A stretch of DNA of 64,000 nt from assembly GCF_018350175.1 (NCBI RefSeq), contig NC_058368.1, forward strand, positions 197,410,001 to 197,474,000. Reading direction: 5' to 3'. The notes beneath the pieces are model-generated. The model saw only the letters and a program-made list of their open reading frames with translations, was not told the origin of the DNA and ran no database searches. Source of the stretch: Felis catus (taxonomy: Eukaryota). Positions 37,150 to 50,243 of this stretch are shown here, piece by piece (positions within the stretch are counted from its first letter, which is position 1; each line of letters opens with the position of its first letter). Both the position numbers and the translations under genes were made by a program.

Positions 37150-39136
37150 CCTGGAATATAAATGACGACAACAACAACGGTAACGGTAAATAGTATTTTT
37201 AAGACGCCTAGTTCACAAAACTAAACGTTTTACACGCATCATAACTTTTCATAAGGAGGTCAGTCAACTCTCTCTGTTTCCTTGAGTGGAAACCTGAAGC
37301 TTAGGAAGCCATAAGCAGCAGAAACTCAACCTAGGCCCGTCTGGCAAGGTTCACACTTGAACCCCTCAAGTACATCACCGCTTCAAACCCAGGAACACAG
37401 GGACCCAGGCCTTCTTGCATCCAGCGGCAGCTCCTGGGACTGGATCTGGCTCAGAGCTAAGGCCCCTGACCCCGACTCGGGGACACCGTGGAAGGCTTGA
37501 ATTAGGTTTACCTTTAGGGCAAGCTGTGCCTGTCCAGGGTGCTTCACCCACCTGCTACACGGATGCCTGAGATTCTTTGATCTGGGGATGAGGCCTTCCA
37601 TTCCCCAGTTAGAGAGAAAATGCTAAGACTCTTGGTGGCCACGTTTTAGTCAGTGAGCCAGTCGGAAGCAACGGCCAAAAGTAAGCCTGCGTTTGGGCGG
37701 CCCTTCGAGAATTTCAAAGTATTTCTCTGTGTTTTTCGAAGGTCATGAGAGCAGATGTTACATCCCCTATCCGACAGATCAGACCAGAACGAAAGAAAAA
37801 TTTATGGAGGGTTACACACATCTCAGAAGTGGCCGGCCTAGCACTGAGGCCCTGGTCTACTTGGGTCATGTCCCCCTTTGTAAGGCATTAGAACACCGCA
37901 AGTCCTGGAAGGGATTAAAAGTCTGAAGGGTGGAAGAGAAGTCCCCACTGAGGGGCCCGGGGTGGAAAGAAAAACCCAGCAACTGCCTCTTCAGAGGGCA
38001 CAGCCTGTCTGGCCCTGCTGCTCTTCGGCCGGGTGGGGGCCCGGAGGAGCCGTGCCCAGAGGTATTTTTGTCCCATTGCTTCAACCCAGGCAGCTCTGCT
38101 TGGAATGATTTATGATGCTTTCTGGGGTTTGTTTTGTAAACACAGCCCGTACCACAGGAGGGAGTTACGTTCCCAGGATCTTCCTTCACGCTGCTCTAAA
38201 ATTATTATGCTTTAGACTGATGCTACCAGTAAGTGTTCTCAAGTCAGGGCATAACCTGGCGTTGAGTGACGCCTGCCTTGAGGCCATGGGGTTCAGAAGG
38301 AACAGGAGAGAGTTTGTCTGGGCAGGGGGGACCAGCATGCACCTTGAGGTTTGGAAAATTGGCCCGTGCAGCAGCGGGGGACACAAGGCGGGAGGCTGGG
38401 GAGGGCGGATGGGAGATCTGATGGGCTTCCTGGTGTTTTAGTCCATATCCTAAATACAGGGGAGAGCCATGAAAGTTTCAAGCAGAAGAATAAAAAAGTG
38501 AGGAGCTTCTGTTTGCTTTTTGTGTAAGATCCCTGCGGCCTGATTGAAGGGGATGGGCTGGGGAACACGGGTCTCGATACAGAGACTGGCTCATCGCCCT
38601 GGGCCAAGTGGCTTCCGTGGCTCAGCATCACTCATCAGTGGATGCCCGTTGGGACAGGGGATTTCAGATATGGTTTCTTTTAGGGAAGGTGTTCAGCACA
38701 AAGCTGGGCACAGGGCACTTGCCCTGTAAAACCCTTGTGACCTGACTTGGGGCAAAAGCCAGGCAATGTTTGTATTCGAGCGGTGGAGTAGAAGCTGGCA
38801 AGGCCTAGAAGAATGTCTGGGGTAGAGCGGGGAGTACCAGGGTGCCGGGGTGCAGCCTGGTGGGCTTTGGCACCTGGACTGGCCTCACCCATCTCTCGAC
38901 TGGGGGATGGGAGCAAACGGTTATTTTGGCCAAGTGCAGTTGAAAGAAGAGATCCATGGCTTCTCTTGCCTATGACCGCAGGGAGCTCTGGAGCTCTGAA
39001 AACACAACTGCAAAACATGCCACGCGGGGACATTAGAAGCTGGAATTTTCCACCCCTTGATTTCGAGGTTAGAAAGCCTGGAGGTGACTGGTCTAGAACG
39101 GGGCCCTTCTCTCACACTGGACCTGGTGTTTCTTTT

Positions 39137-39360
39137 TTTTTTTTTTAATTTTTTTTTTAACATTTATTTATTTTTGAGACAGAGAGAGACAGAGCATGAA
39201 CGGGGGAGGGGCAGAGAGAGAGGGAGACACAGAATCGGAAGCAGGCTCCAGGCTCTGAGCCGTCAGCACAGAGCCCGATGCAGGGCTCGAACCCACGGAC
39301 AGTGAGATCGTGACCTGAGCCGAAGTCGGACGCTTAACCGACTGAGCCACCCAGGCACCC
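39137..39360 (-). mobile_element. Can-SINE
   Basis: Antisense full-length copy. Diverged TSD cctggtgtttctttt / cccggtgcttctttt. Confidence 0.96.
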
Positions 39361-39821
39361 CCCGGTGCTTCTTTTTACAGAGAGCTTAACAGATCACAAA
39401 GCTGTTTCACGAGCTCTTTCTTTTCCCTGTCTCTTGGTCTTTCTGTCTGCGTCCTTGTCTTCTGTTGCTCCTTCAGGAGGCAGGATGATGCAGTTAGGCA
39501 CGGGCCTCAGAGCTGGGCGAGTCTGGGTTTGAACTGTGACTTTTCCACCTGGTGGTTGAGTCGCTTTGGGCACGTTTCCTACCCTCTTGGACCTGTGGTT
39601 TCCCCTTGCCTGTGAAATGGGTATATTCCGGTTCCCTAAAACATCCCTTTCACGTCTTGGGCAGGGATCAGTTCCCCCCTACCCCAACTACAGCATGTGG
39701 GGAAGATGGCTCCTTCCAGGAGGGATCTGGAAAATGGACCCAGATCTAGAGACAGATCTGGGAGCTGTCGATGGGTGCCACCTATGCAATGCTGTCAAGG
39801 GAGCAGACTCTCATTTTTGGC

Positions 39822-39945
39822 CATATTTTCCACGTTTTCCCATATTTCCCGTATTGGAGATATGGGAAATATTGGAATTTATTCCAATATATGGAAGTTA
39901 TTTCAAAATATGGGAAATATTTCCAATACGTTCCACATATTTTCC
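39822..39945. repeat. AT-rich patchwork of short direct and inverted repeats
   Basis: Bounded by catattttcc at both ends. Contains the internal hairpin atattggaat-tt-attccaatat and two copies of atatgggaaatatt. Confidence 0.85.
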
Positions 39946-42805
39946 GAGTGTCCTTGCTCAGTTTAATTCAAATAACCAATCACACTGTGCCTGCTACTAT
40001 GTGACAGGCCCTGGGCTGGGTCCTACAAAGGACACCAAAGCGGGTATGCTGTGGCCGTGGAGGGTCCGACAAGGCCCACAGGACAGGGATACATCTGTAG
40101 GAGCCAGGCTCTTTAGCTTGGTGGCGAAAGACTCAGTGAGCCTCCTCATTTCCGAAGCCTGTCAGAGGAAAGGGGGTCACATGTCACTTTCGGGTCCCCC
40201 TGAGGACTAACCAGGGCCCAGGATAGAAATCACCGGAAGACATATTTTGTCTCATTAAAAGGAACAGAGCTTCCTAATATCTTAGGGTGTCCAGCAATAG
40301 AAAAGGCTGTCTGGTAAGCAGAGCAGGCTTCTCTGGGAAGGCGCGGGCAAGGCTGGGTATACACCCACCAGAGGGTTGTACCGGGAATGCCTGCTTTGGG
40401 TGGGGGTGTGATGAGATGACCTCTAGGAGTCAGGGTGCCGTGTTCAAATCCCAGCTCCGCTACTTACTATCACTATTGTCCTGGTCAAGCCACTTCATCT
40501 CCGTAATAGATTAGTATCTTAGTATCTCTAAAACAAGCTATTAAGCACATCTAGCTCACCGGGAGGACTGTTGTAAGACGCACTAGACAAGGACCCGCAA
40601 AGAACTTAGAACAACGCCTGGCAAGCTGTTTTAAATAAATGGCAATGGTAAATCATCATTAAATAGCTGTTTTGTGCACGATCCTTCATTTGCTTTTTAA
40701 TTGGTTTTGTCAACTTATCAACGAACTTATCATTTAAAATTATTAATAGTTTTATTAATGGATTAATTTTAAAACTAACTTTTTGCACTGTTTAGAAACC
40801 AGAATAATATTGGCATTGAAAGTGTTCTAGAATTTCCAAACCTAACCCCTCTTTTTGCTGCTAAGGACACTGAACCTCAGAGAGGTGAAACGACTTGTTC
40901 ATCTGGTGGCAGAACCAGGAAGAGAATGCAGGCGTCTTTGCTTTTGTCTGATGTCCTTTCATCCATCGTGATTTCCCTAATGAGGATTAATTAAAGGTTA
41001 CTGTATTTTTCTGGCCGGTTGCTTTTCAGAAATAACAAATCACAAGCATGTAATTAAATAAATGAATACTGAAACGCTTTCAATGAAATTTGTAGTCTAA
41101 ATCATTGGAAACAGGAAAATGGGACTTACCCACGACTTCCTATCTCTGTGTTTCAGGGGACTTCAGACCCTGCCTTCCAAGGGTCCAGCAGCCCTGCCCC
41201 TCTCCCCCCACCCAGCCCTGCAGACCTCTTGAAGGGCAAGAGTTGGCCCAAGATAACCTCACATGAGTGCCTCTTCTCCACACTCCTTCTTCTTGGAATC
41301 CCAGTTCCAGGGCCGGTGCTGTCTGCTTGTATGGTTTAAGGCATTTACAGACGTGCTGTGAAACTTCGTTTGATGTGCGTAAAATTTATTTTTGCTTCAG
41401 CTACACATCACACTATTGCATGCCTGTTGGGGAGAACTCTGAGCTAAGTGGACACCACGATATCCCGCAGAGTCGGGTCAACTGGTTGCAGAGAGGTTTG
41501 GCGGGATGTCAAGGCATTCCAAGAAAGACTTTTCTGGAAGAGATGGCAACTTGGTTTTGAGAGTTTATAAGAAAGCTTGATCAGGGCAGAGCCAAGGTCA
41601 AGTCAACCTTCAGCTCAGAACTGAGGGGCACAGAGTGAACAATGCAGTCCGATTGGCCCATGCAGACACCTTATAAATATTAGACCTGTTCATACGTGTT
41701 GCCCATATTACTGATTTCAAGTGTGCTGCCCCAAACTCCAAGGGGACTTGGCCTCCTTAGCCAGAAACTCTTATAAATCCCTTTCGCTTACAAGGCAGTT
41801 TCCAGAATGTAGCCGCCAGGCAGTGCCTACAGAGATCACACCGTGTATTGGGACTGATTTCTCCCCGTCCGGCTGCACACTGTGGAAAGCCTTCAGGTTT
41901 TGGCCTGACCTCTACAGGCCGGAGTTAAGGCTTGGGCCAGCATGTCGATAGCCTGAGCAAGTTAATATCTTGAAATAGCTAGTTTTTTGGACTCATTGTT
42001 TCTCATCAGTAGAATGAGAGGGAAAGTTAGGTTCAACAAACACTCACAAGCATTCACTGAAAGGACCCTGAGTAAGACGTCATGCTTTAGCAATGCAACA
42101 GTGGATAAAATAGGGGTTTTTGATAGATGCATGATCGTAAATTAGAGCACGGCATGCTATCTGTGAAAAGGGCTACAGAGACAGGGAGGAGGAAGTCATG
42201 AATTCTTTCTGGAGCATCTTTAGGATTCCTTCCAGCTCTGGTATTTTTAGACGCTGTGCCTTTAGGGTCTGGTCTTCTTGGTGCAGTTGGCCTTCTGAGT
42301 CTCAAGAGAGCAGAGAAGGTCCAGTGTTGCCGCCATTGGGTCTAGATGACTGTCAGCTGATCTCCTCTTGACTAAACTTCATCTGCCCCAGCCCAGCAGG
42401 GTTATCCTGCCCAGGTCCCCCAAGTAGGGTTGGGTGCTCCTCCTGAACACAAGTCTTGGGCCAGAGTGGGGTAGGAACTGTGTGACTGTGATTCCCTCTC
42501 CTGAGCCAGCCTCCAAAGGGTGAGAGGACGCGGCTGGGTCCCTGTGTGGAACCTTCATGCTCCTCGTGCTTCTCAGTGGTCTACAGGGAATAAGCAAGGC
42601 TTCACCCAACATCCTAAACCCTCCCGTTTGGCTGCGGGTTCACGTCCTGCTTCATCACCTCCCTCTCTTCACGCTCTGAGGTTTAAAGACTCACCTTCTT
42701 CTCTGTTCTCATTTCTCCCTTCCTTCTCTTTTTCCTCATTCTACTCTCTTTCCACATTCCACATACCACTGGCTGAGGATGACTCAACAATAATGAAATC
42801 ACCAA

Positions 42806-42973
42806 GGGGCGCCTGGGTGGCTCAGTCGGTTGAGCGTTTGACTTCGGCTCAGGTCAGGATCTCACGGTTCGTGGGTTTGGGCCGCGTGTCGAGTTCTGTG
42901 CTGGAAGCTCGGAGCCTAGAGTCTGCTTTGGATCCTGTGTCTCCCTCTCTCTCTGCCCCTTCTGCCCTCATGC

Positions 42974-43008
<35 letters not shown>

Positions 43009-43037
43009 AATGATTAAACATTAAAAAATTAAAAAAA
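42806..43037 (+). mobile_element. Can-SINE
   Basis: Head 'ggggcgcctgggtggctcagtcgg'. TSD aataatgaaatca(c/t)caa. Confidence 0.96.
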
Positions 43038-43654
43038 AATAATGAAATCATCAATAGTAATGAATTGCTGGTTATAGCCTCAGACAGGAAAATTAAGACA
43101 CCTGGTCCAATAAACCCAGGCTGACCCAGGGTGTGAGGAAAGACTTTGGCTCTGCGAACCTTCCAGGCATTACTAGTATACTCTAGAGAACCATGGCCCT
43201 TCTCCCTCCCTTAACAACAACAAAAAATTCCTATTCCACCAGGGACAAAATACCCGGAAGCAGCATTGTTAGTAGCTGTGGCCACTGGCCACCCACCCTC
43301 TGCCCTTCCTCACCTTCACATCCCCAGGGACACTATCGAAAACAAAGACTTGTGACTGGAGAGAGCCCAGGGTGGGTTGGCACAGGGAAGCCTGGAAACC
43401 TGGGGGGCAGGGTTTAGGAATGGGGGAGGGGCCTGGCTCTGCCAGCCAGAAGGCCTCAGCTGAGGTATTGAGGAGGAAGCCCTCCCATCTCTTCTGGGTG
43501 CGGTCAGAAATCAGGTCCCTAATCTCCTGCCCCCGACCTGAGCTCACCACCGCCCCATTCCACCTCTCCTAATCAGGAAGCCTCCTCTTGCCCACCTCAC
43601 TGATAGTTTGAGGCCACCCACCATTTTCTCAGAACTCTTAGGATTGCCAACCAC

Positions 43655-43940
43655 CGTCTCCTTCTCCTCCTCCTTCCCTCCCTCTTCCTCTCCCCCCTTC
43701 CTCCCTCCCTTCCTTCCTTCCTTCCTCCCTCCCTTTCCCTGCCCCCTCCCCCTTCCTTCCTTCCTTCGTTCCACCTCCTCCCCCTCCCTTCCTTCCTCCC
43801 TCCATTCCTTCCTTCCTCCCTTGCTTCCTCCCCATCCCCCTTCCTTCCTTCCTTCCTTCCTCCCTCCCTCCCTTTCCCTGCCCCCTTCCCCTTCCTTCCT
43901 TCCTTCCTTCCTTCCTTCCTTCCTTCCTTCCCTCTTCCCT
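43655..43940. repeat. (CCTT)n/(CCCT)n polypyrimidine tract
   Basis: About 280 bp made almost entirely of C/T in ccttccttcc units. Confidence 0.95.
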
Positions 43941-44443
43941 AAATATATCCCCTTAACCAGATTGACCCTATTTTTCTCTTGTGCATTCCTGGACCTTCCT
44001 TCAAGGCTTCGGAAGCACCCCTAATTTCTTCTCTCCTCTGGCTCCTTGTTCCATGTAAGTACATACAGATAACAAGACACTAAAAAATATCCAGTGTTTC
44101 ATTATAGGGCTATATCATAATTTATTTAGCCAATCTTCCTTTGATGGATTCTGAGATTCTTTCTATTTGTGTATGTGTGTATTTGTATATTCATTCATAC
44201 ATGCGTTCATTTTTTTTTTTTTTACAAACAATGCTGTGATGAATTCCCTTTACACACATTTCTGCATACCTTTGCTCAGAGTACTGAACACTGCCAATCA
44301 CTTTCTTTTTTGATCCTTCTTGTATATCCAGCTGCTGTCTCGGTTCTCTTCTGTAAACCCCTCTTTTTTTCTGAGTACACAATGCTTGCTCACCCCTTCT
44401 TGCTTCTGTCCAAAGTCTCTCCTCCAGAAATGACCACTTTCTA

Positions 44444-44660
44444 TTTTTTTTTTTACATTTATTTATTCTTGACGGACAGAGAGAGAGACAGAGCACAAGT
44501 GGGGGAGGGGCAGAGAAAGAATGAGACACAGAATCTGAGACAGGCTCCAGGCTCTGAGCTGTCAGCACAGAGCCCGACGCGGGGCTTGAACCCACAAACC
44601 TAGAGATCATGACCTGAGCCGAAGTCAGACCCTAACTGACTGAGCCACCCAGGCGCCCCC
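44444..44660 (-). mobile_element. Can-SINE
   Basis: Antisense copy. TSD aaatg(a/c)ccactttcta. Confidence 0.96.
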
Positions 44661-44874
44661 TAAAATGCCCACTTTCTACTCAGTCTTCTTGCCCAAGTCT
44701 TGTGTAGAACCATCCCTGATTCCCCAGACCAGTTTTCCCGAATGGCTTCCTTTTATGTAACACTTACTATGTGTGAGGCCATGTGCGAGAGCAGGCATTA
44801 TTTCATTCTATCCTGAAACGGTAGTGTGGGGCTGCGACTATATTGCTGTCAATATTTAAAAGTGATAAAAACTG

Positions 44875-45089
44875 GGGGCACCTGGCGGGGGGCTCAGTCG
44901 GTTGAGCCCCTGACTTTTGATTTCCGCTCAGGCCATGATCTCGCAGTTCGTGGGATGGAGCCCCACGTCGGGCTCTGCACTGACAGAGCAGAGCCTGCTT
45001 GGGATTCTCTCTCCCTCTCTCTCTGCCCCTCCCGCACTCATGCATGTGCTCTCTCTCTCAAAATAAATAAATGGAACTTTAGAAAAAAA
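44875..45089 (+). mobile_element. Can-SINE (older copy)
   Basis: Head 'ggggcacctggcgggggctcagtcgg', CT tract and A tail. Confidence 0.93.
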
Positions 45090-45095
45090 GGTGAT

Positions 45096-45327
45096 GGGGC
45101 GCCTGGGTGGCGCAGTCGGTTAAGCGGCCGACTTCAGCCAGGTCACGATCTCGCGGTCCGTGAGTTCGAGCCCCGCGTCGGGCTCTGGGCTGATGGCTCG
45201 GAGCCTGGAGCCTGTTTCCGATTCTGTGTCTCCCTCTCTCTCTGCCCCTCCCCCGTTCATGCTCTGTCTCTCTCTGTCCCAAAAATAAATAAACGTTGAA
45301 AAAAAAATTAAAAAAAATAAAAATAAA
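45096..45327 (+). mobile_element. Can-SINE, young felid subfamily, inserted in the tail/TSD of the preceding SINE
   Basis: 'ggtggcgcagtcgg...cttcagccaggtcacg...tgtttccg...tgtcccaaaaataaataaacgttg'. TSD aaaaaaaggtgat at 45083-45095 and 45328-45340. Confidence 0.97.
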
Positions 45328-46610
45328 AAAAAAAGGTGATAAAAGCTGAAGCTCAGAAAGTTGAACTTGTCCAGGTCACCCACCTTGGAAATAGGGAGGC
45401 GGGATTCAGTCTCTCCTACCCCATAATCCACGAATTCACATAACCACCGTGGGCCACCGCCCCTTCGACTCGGGTACTCGTGGGGCCCTGCAAATGCACT
45501 TCCTTAGGCACCTCTCATATTGAGTCCAGGTAGTGCAAGAATGAATCTGTTCCCTTCACTAGGCTGGGAGCTCCCCGAGGGCGGACACTGTCCCTTCTTT
45601 CTGCATCACCCAGATTGAATACAGAAGCTGCCGCGTGATACGGGTGTGATTGAATGAACGAAACTGTGTCTGCTGAATGAGGAATCCCAGCGCTCCCGGC
45701 ACCAGGTCAAGACCCAGACGTCGACGCTTACTCACACGCGCTCAGCTTGAAGTTGATTTTCTGCTAATTCACGAAAATAAAATACCCTCCACCTAGGGCC
45801 CTCATTAACTAAATTACAAGAAGCTCTTTGGATTGGCAGGCAGTAGAACACAATGGTATAGAAAAGAGCCTCAGCAAGATGTTCTGATCCCAGCTCTGCC
45901 ATTTATTAGGCAACTTTCCATAATCCTCAGTGGCCCAACTAAGAAAATGGATAGTTGCTATGGAGAGGGTGATGGTGAGGATTGGACGAAAATGTTGATG
46001 TGAAGTACTAAGCACAGTACCTGGCCTCCAGAAGGCGCGCGGTACCTGTTAGTTGCACTATCAGCCCTTCTCAGTCTTTGTTCGAAGTGAAATCGGTCCG
46101 GCCTTTATTTCCTTTATCACTCTCCAAAGCTCTCCCCAGGACCATTTCTTTACTTTCAGTGTCTACAACAAAAATCCATTCCCTTTCTTACCCTTACTTG
46201 CGAAACAAATGTGCAGTGAGTGCCTTTTGTCTGCTTTTCGCTGCTGAGAACGTTGCTTGATTCTCTAGAAAACACACCTCGCTTTTCCTTTTGAAACTTC
46301 AAGGATTGGTTGGCAAACATTCCTCATGAACGTCTGAAGGTGTGGCACCTCGATGCATATAGTTCCAAGACTGATTCACAAAAAGCTCTCCTATATCAGC
46401 AGCTCCCGAAGTTGACTTTAGGAACCGGCATTTATTTTGTGATTCTGTGCGTGGTTCCTACTCACGTCCTGGTACTAATTTTTTAGGGAGTTGTTGTTTT
46501 GTTTGTGCTTACCCGGGTCTTCCCAAAGGTTATATATGGAAGAGAACCGAAGCCAAAACGAAAAAGGCCCCCAACCCCGAACGCAAACCCCATCAAAAAT
46601 GAGTGACTCA

Positions 46611-46830
46611 GGGGCGCCTGGGTGGCGCAGTCGGTTAAGCGTCCGACTTCAGCCAGGTCACGATCTCGCGGTCCATGAGTTCGAGCCCCGCGTCAGGCTC
46701 TGGGCTGATGGCTCAGAGACTGGAGCCTGTTTCCGATTCTGTGTCTCCCTCTCGCTCTGCCCCTCGCCCCCTTCATGCTCTGTCTCTCTCTGTCCCAAAA
46801 ATAAATAAATGTTGAAAAAAAAATTTAAAA
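46611..46830 (+). mobile_element. Can-SINE, young felid subfamily
   Basis: Same diagnostic positions as 45096. Perfect TSD aaaaatgagtgactca(g). Confidence 0.97.
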
Positions 46831-47891
46831 AAAAATGAGTGACTCAGCACAAGTCCAAGTGTAAGACGTAATCTACGGACGGATTGTTCAATTCCAGACG
46901 TACATGTTTTCATGCCTACCGTGTTCATAACATCACCTCACAAGGAGGAAGTTCCTTGGTAATGCCACTCGGCTCCAAAACTTAGGGCTGTCTCTCCTGG
47001 CGACTAACTTACGCGTCTCCTATTGCAAACTAAGGTGTCCCTTCTCCAGGTGACATGTCTGTTCAGGAAATCCAGCTTGAGGGATGTGGGCAGACAGGAA
47101 GGGGGAAAGGCTCACTTCGCAGCTTGGGGAGTGTCTGGAGTAGGCGTGGCTCCGCATTATGCAAGCCCCTGCGTGCAGCGTGAGGCTACCTGTGCTCTCA
47201 GGTGACAGGCCTCCTGGGCTGTCTGCTGGGTGCTCCTAGCAGCTGGCTCTTCTGGGTGCTTCTGCTTGCTCCCTGCTGCCCAGGTGCTCCGGCTTCTCTG
47301 TCGAATGCTCTGGTATCTGAACTACTCAGGCCACCATTCAAAATCAAAGGAGATCTTGGACAAATGGCCAAAACTCTCACCTTGAGTCCACAGTGCGACT
47401 TTGGACAAGCCCCTGCTCTCCCTGGGCCTCAGTCCCCCCAGCCGAGAGGTAAGGAGTTTCACCAGAGTGTTTCTGAGCTGCGCCCCTTTCCCATATCCTG
47501 GGGTTCCAAGATCCTTTCCCCAGCCAGGCCACTGACCTCGTTGTGAAGGACGATGAGAAGAGAGCCGTTGTTTGGAATTCATGGGTGGGGCGGGTGGGGC
47601 ACCTCCTAACAAGCTTGCCTGGGGATTGGGGCTGCCTGTTCCTCCAGACCTGCCGAAGGCTGAGCGAGGCCGGCCTCTTCATTGGCATCACTGAAGAGTC
47701 ATTTGGAATGTACTTATCAGAGAGCATCGGGCTCATGAACCTGACACTTCACCATCTGAATGCCGGAAAAGATAAAAATTGTTCCAGACGTGGAGCCCAG
47801 ATGACGCACTGATCAAATCAGGATCTCAACTCTGTTTCTCTTAGGGGCTGTCTGAAGGAACCCCGTCGTCCGCTATTTCAAAAGACTTCTT

Positions 47892-48118
47892 TTTTTTTTT
47901 TAATTTTTTTTTTTAATGTTTATTTATTTCTGAGAGAGAGCCACAGAGCATGAGCAGGGAGGGGCAGAGAGAGAGAGAGGGAGGCCCAGAATCCGAAGCA
48001 GGCTCCAGGCTCCGAGCTGTCAGCGCAGAGCTTGACGCGGGGCTCGAACCCATGAACTACGAGATCGTGACCTGAGCCAAAGTCAGACGCCCAACCGACT
48101 AAGCCACCCAGGCGCCTC
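47892..48118 (-). mobile_element. Can-SINE
   Basis: Antisense copy. TSD caaa(a/g)gacttctt. Confidence 0.96.
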
Positions 48119-48848
48119 CAAAGGACTTCTTAATACAGTTTTCCCCCTGGGTGATTTTGTCCTCAAGAGGAACTGTGGGAGGACCCTTGGGGATTTAGAA
48201 AGCTTAGTGCTGAGCTAATTCTGTGCCCTAATGATTTTGAAACTCTGTGCGATTAGGGAGGCGGTGGCAGGGAGGCTGGGGCTGCCAGTCAGGAGACTTG
48301 GGTTCCGGTCCTGACTGCACATTCTTGGGCAAGGTGCTTCACCTCCCTGGGCCTCAGTGTCCTCTAAAGCAGCCTCTCTCTGTGGCTTCTTTAGCCCTGG
48401 CACACCGTGACTCTCAACGCTCCAAAACAGTAACGTCCCCATCTTGGGTGTAGGGCGCAGCCAGATCTACCCAATTATGTTGAATAGTCCGGTTCTTCCC
48501 TTGCGTGGAGACGTAGCTCTGGGGGTTGTGTTTCCTTCCCAAGCTTCTCCCTCGGGAAGGCCTTTGGGATGGGTCTGAGAGAGCAGGTGAGTGGCGCGGA
48601 TGTTTGAGGCTCGGACGGGCCTTCGAGGAGAATCACCCAGCTGTTTCAAGAGCGCCTCTGGCCCCAATTGTCTGGTGCCAGGTGCTTGGCATGTTTGGAC
48701 AGCCGTGTTCCACAAAAGCGAAGGGTCCTGGCTTCCGAGGCGGCCAGGTCTTCCTGTATATCGCCACCTGGCCAACCCTTTCGGTTCTTTATTCAGCAAA
48801 GAGTTATCAAGAGCCTATTCGGTGCCAGGAACTGCACTAAGCTGTTTT

Positions 48849-49071
48849 TTTTTTAATTTTTTTTTTTTCAACGTTTATTTATTTTTGGGACAGAGAGAGA
48901 CAGAGCATGAATGGGGGAGGGGCAGAGAGAGAGGGAGACACAGAATCGGAAACAGGCTCCAGGCTCCGAGCCATCAGCCCAGAGCCCGACGCGGGGCTCA
49001 AACTCACGGACCCCGAGATCGTGACCTGGCTGAAGTCGGACGCTTAACCGACTGCGCCACCCAGGCGCCCC
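48849..49071 (-). mobile_element. Can-SINE, young felid subfamily (inserted in an antisense MIR at ~48800-49260)
   Basis: Diagnostic positions present. TSD tgcactaagct(g/a)tttt. Flanks resemble antisense MIR ('cacagatgaggacacgg...ccaaggtcacacagctag'). Confidence 0.97.
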
Positions 49072-50125
49072 ATGCACTAAGCTATTTTGCATACGTGATG
49101 GCATGTAGTCCCCCGGGCCCTACGAAGCAGGTACTGACTTTATCCACGCTTCACAGATGAGGACACGGAAAGTCAGAGAGGTGATGTGTGGACCTCTTGG
49201 ATGGGAGGTGATGACTTATCCAAGGTCACACAGCTAGCACCTCCGGGTCCAGTGGCGAATCCAGAGCTGTGGCTCTCAGTCTCTCCCCTCTGCCTTTTCC
49301 CAAACCTTATTCTATTTAATCCTCATTGAAATCCTCGTTTGCTTTATTGCAAAGCTTCCACCTCAGTGCTTTAGAAAAGCCTGGGCGTTTGCCAGCCCAC
49401 ACCATGGATTAACGCGCCTATCCACTTCTGAAGGAGGACGGAGCGGACAGACCTTGGACGGGGTAGTGGGAAAAGCTCCGCAGTACGTTCGCCTCCCGGA
49501 ACTCAGCTGCTAGACCTGCCTGGCCCTCGCCAGGCACAGGATCTGAGGCATTTGCACACTCTGAACTTTTCCGACCCTGCTTTCCTCACAAAGGTGTTGT
49601 AAGAATCAACGGAGAGCATGGCTCCGAAGGGACTTGACGATTAGAAAGTGATGAAAGCCGACTCAGTATTATTAGGATAGAAACGTCTCTCTTTTTGCCA
49701 CTTGGACGAACTGGGCGGTAATTCGCACGCTGCCTTCGAGAATCTTAAAGAACCCCCCTGGAGCCCTGGGGTCCCGTGACGAGGGAGTGTGAGGCGGGCG
49801 TTGTTTCTGAACACCAGGCACTCCTGCCTGACTCACTCAGAAATGCCACATTCCGGGATGTGCGGCACGGCCACGGGTGCCGCTGTGACATGCGGCCGGC
49901 CCAGCGAGGCTGGAATGGGACATTCCTGAACAGATTCAGGCATGAGAAGAGAGAGGAAAAAAACACGACATTTGTAAACAGACAGCCTGGGGCTTACGAG
50001 AGGCAGGAGAAGACGCCGTTCGTTTTCTGTGCGCTCGTCCGCCCATCTCTGGATCTTATCGTCCTTCGGGAAGCACGCGCTGTCACACGCCTGCAGACAG
50101 CCCCACCCCAGGGCCTCGCACCCCG

Positions 50126-50243
50126 GGACCACGGGTTCCAGGAGGGTGGGGTGGGGGGGATCACCGCCTTAACCGCTGAGGAATGAAAGATGGAAACCGA
50201 AGATGCTATCTGCAGGTGGATGGACCTCTCACCACTTGCCACT
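50126..50243 (+). repeat. ~118-bp inverted duplication, left arm
   Basis: Reverse complement of 51175-51291 with 2 substitutions and a 1-nt indel in a G run. Confidence 0.97.

Noticed and set aside
39566..40210. 214-aa ORF with a repetitive 'FPIFP..WEI..' segment
   Set aside because: The peptide periodicity comes from the AT-rich palindromic patchwork, and there is no family resemblance.
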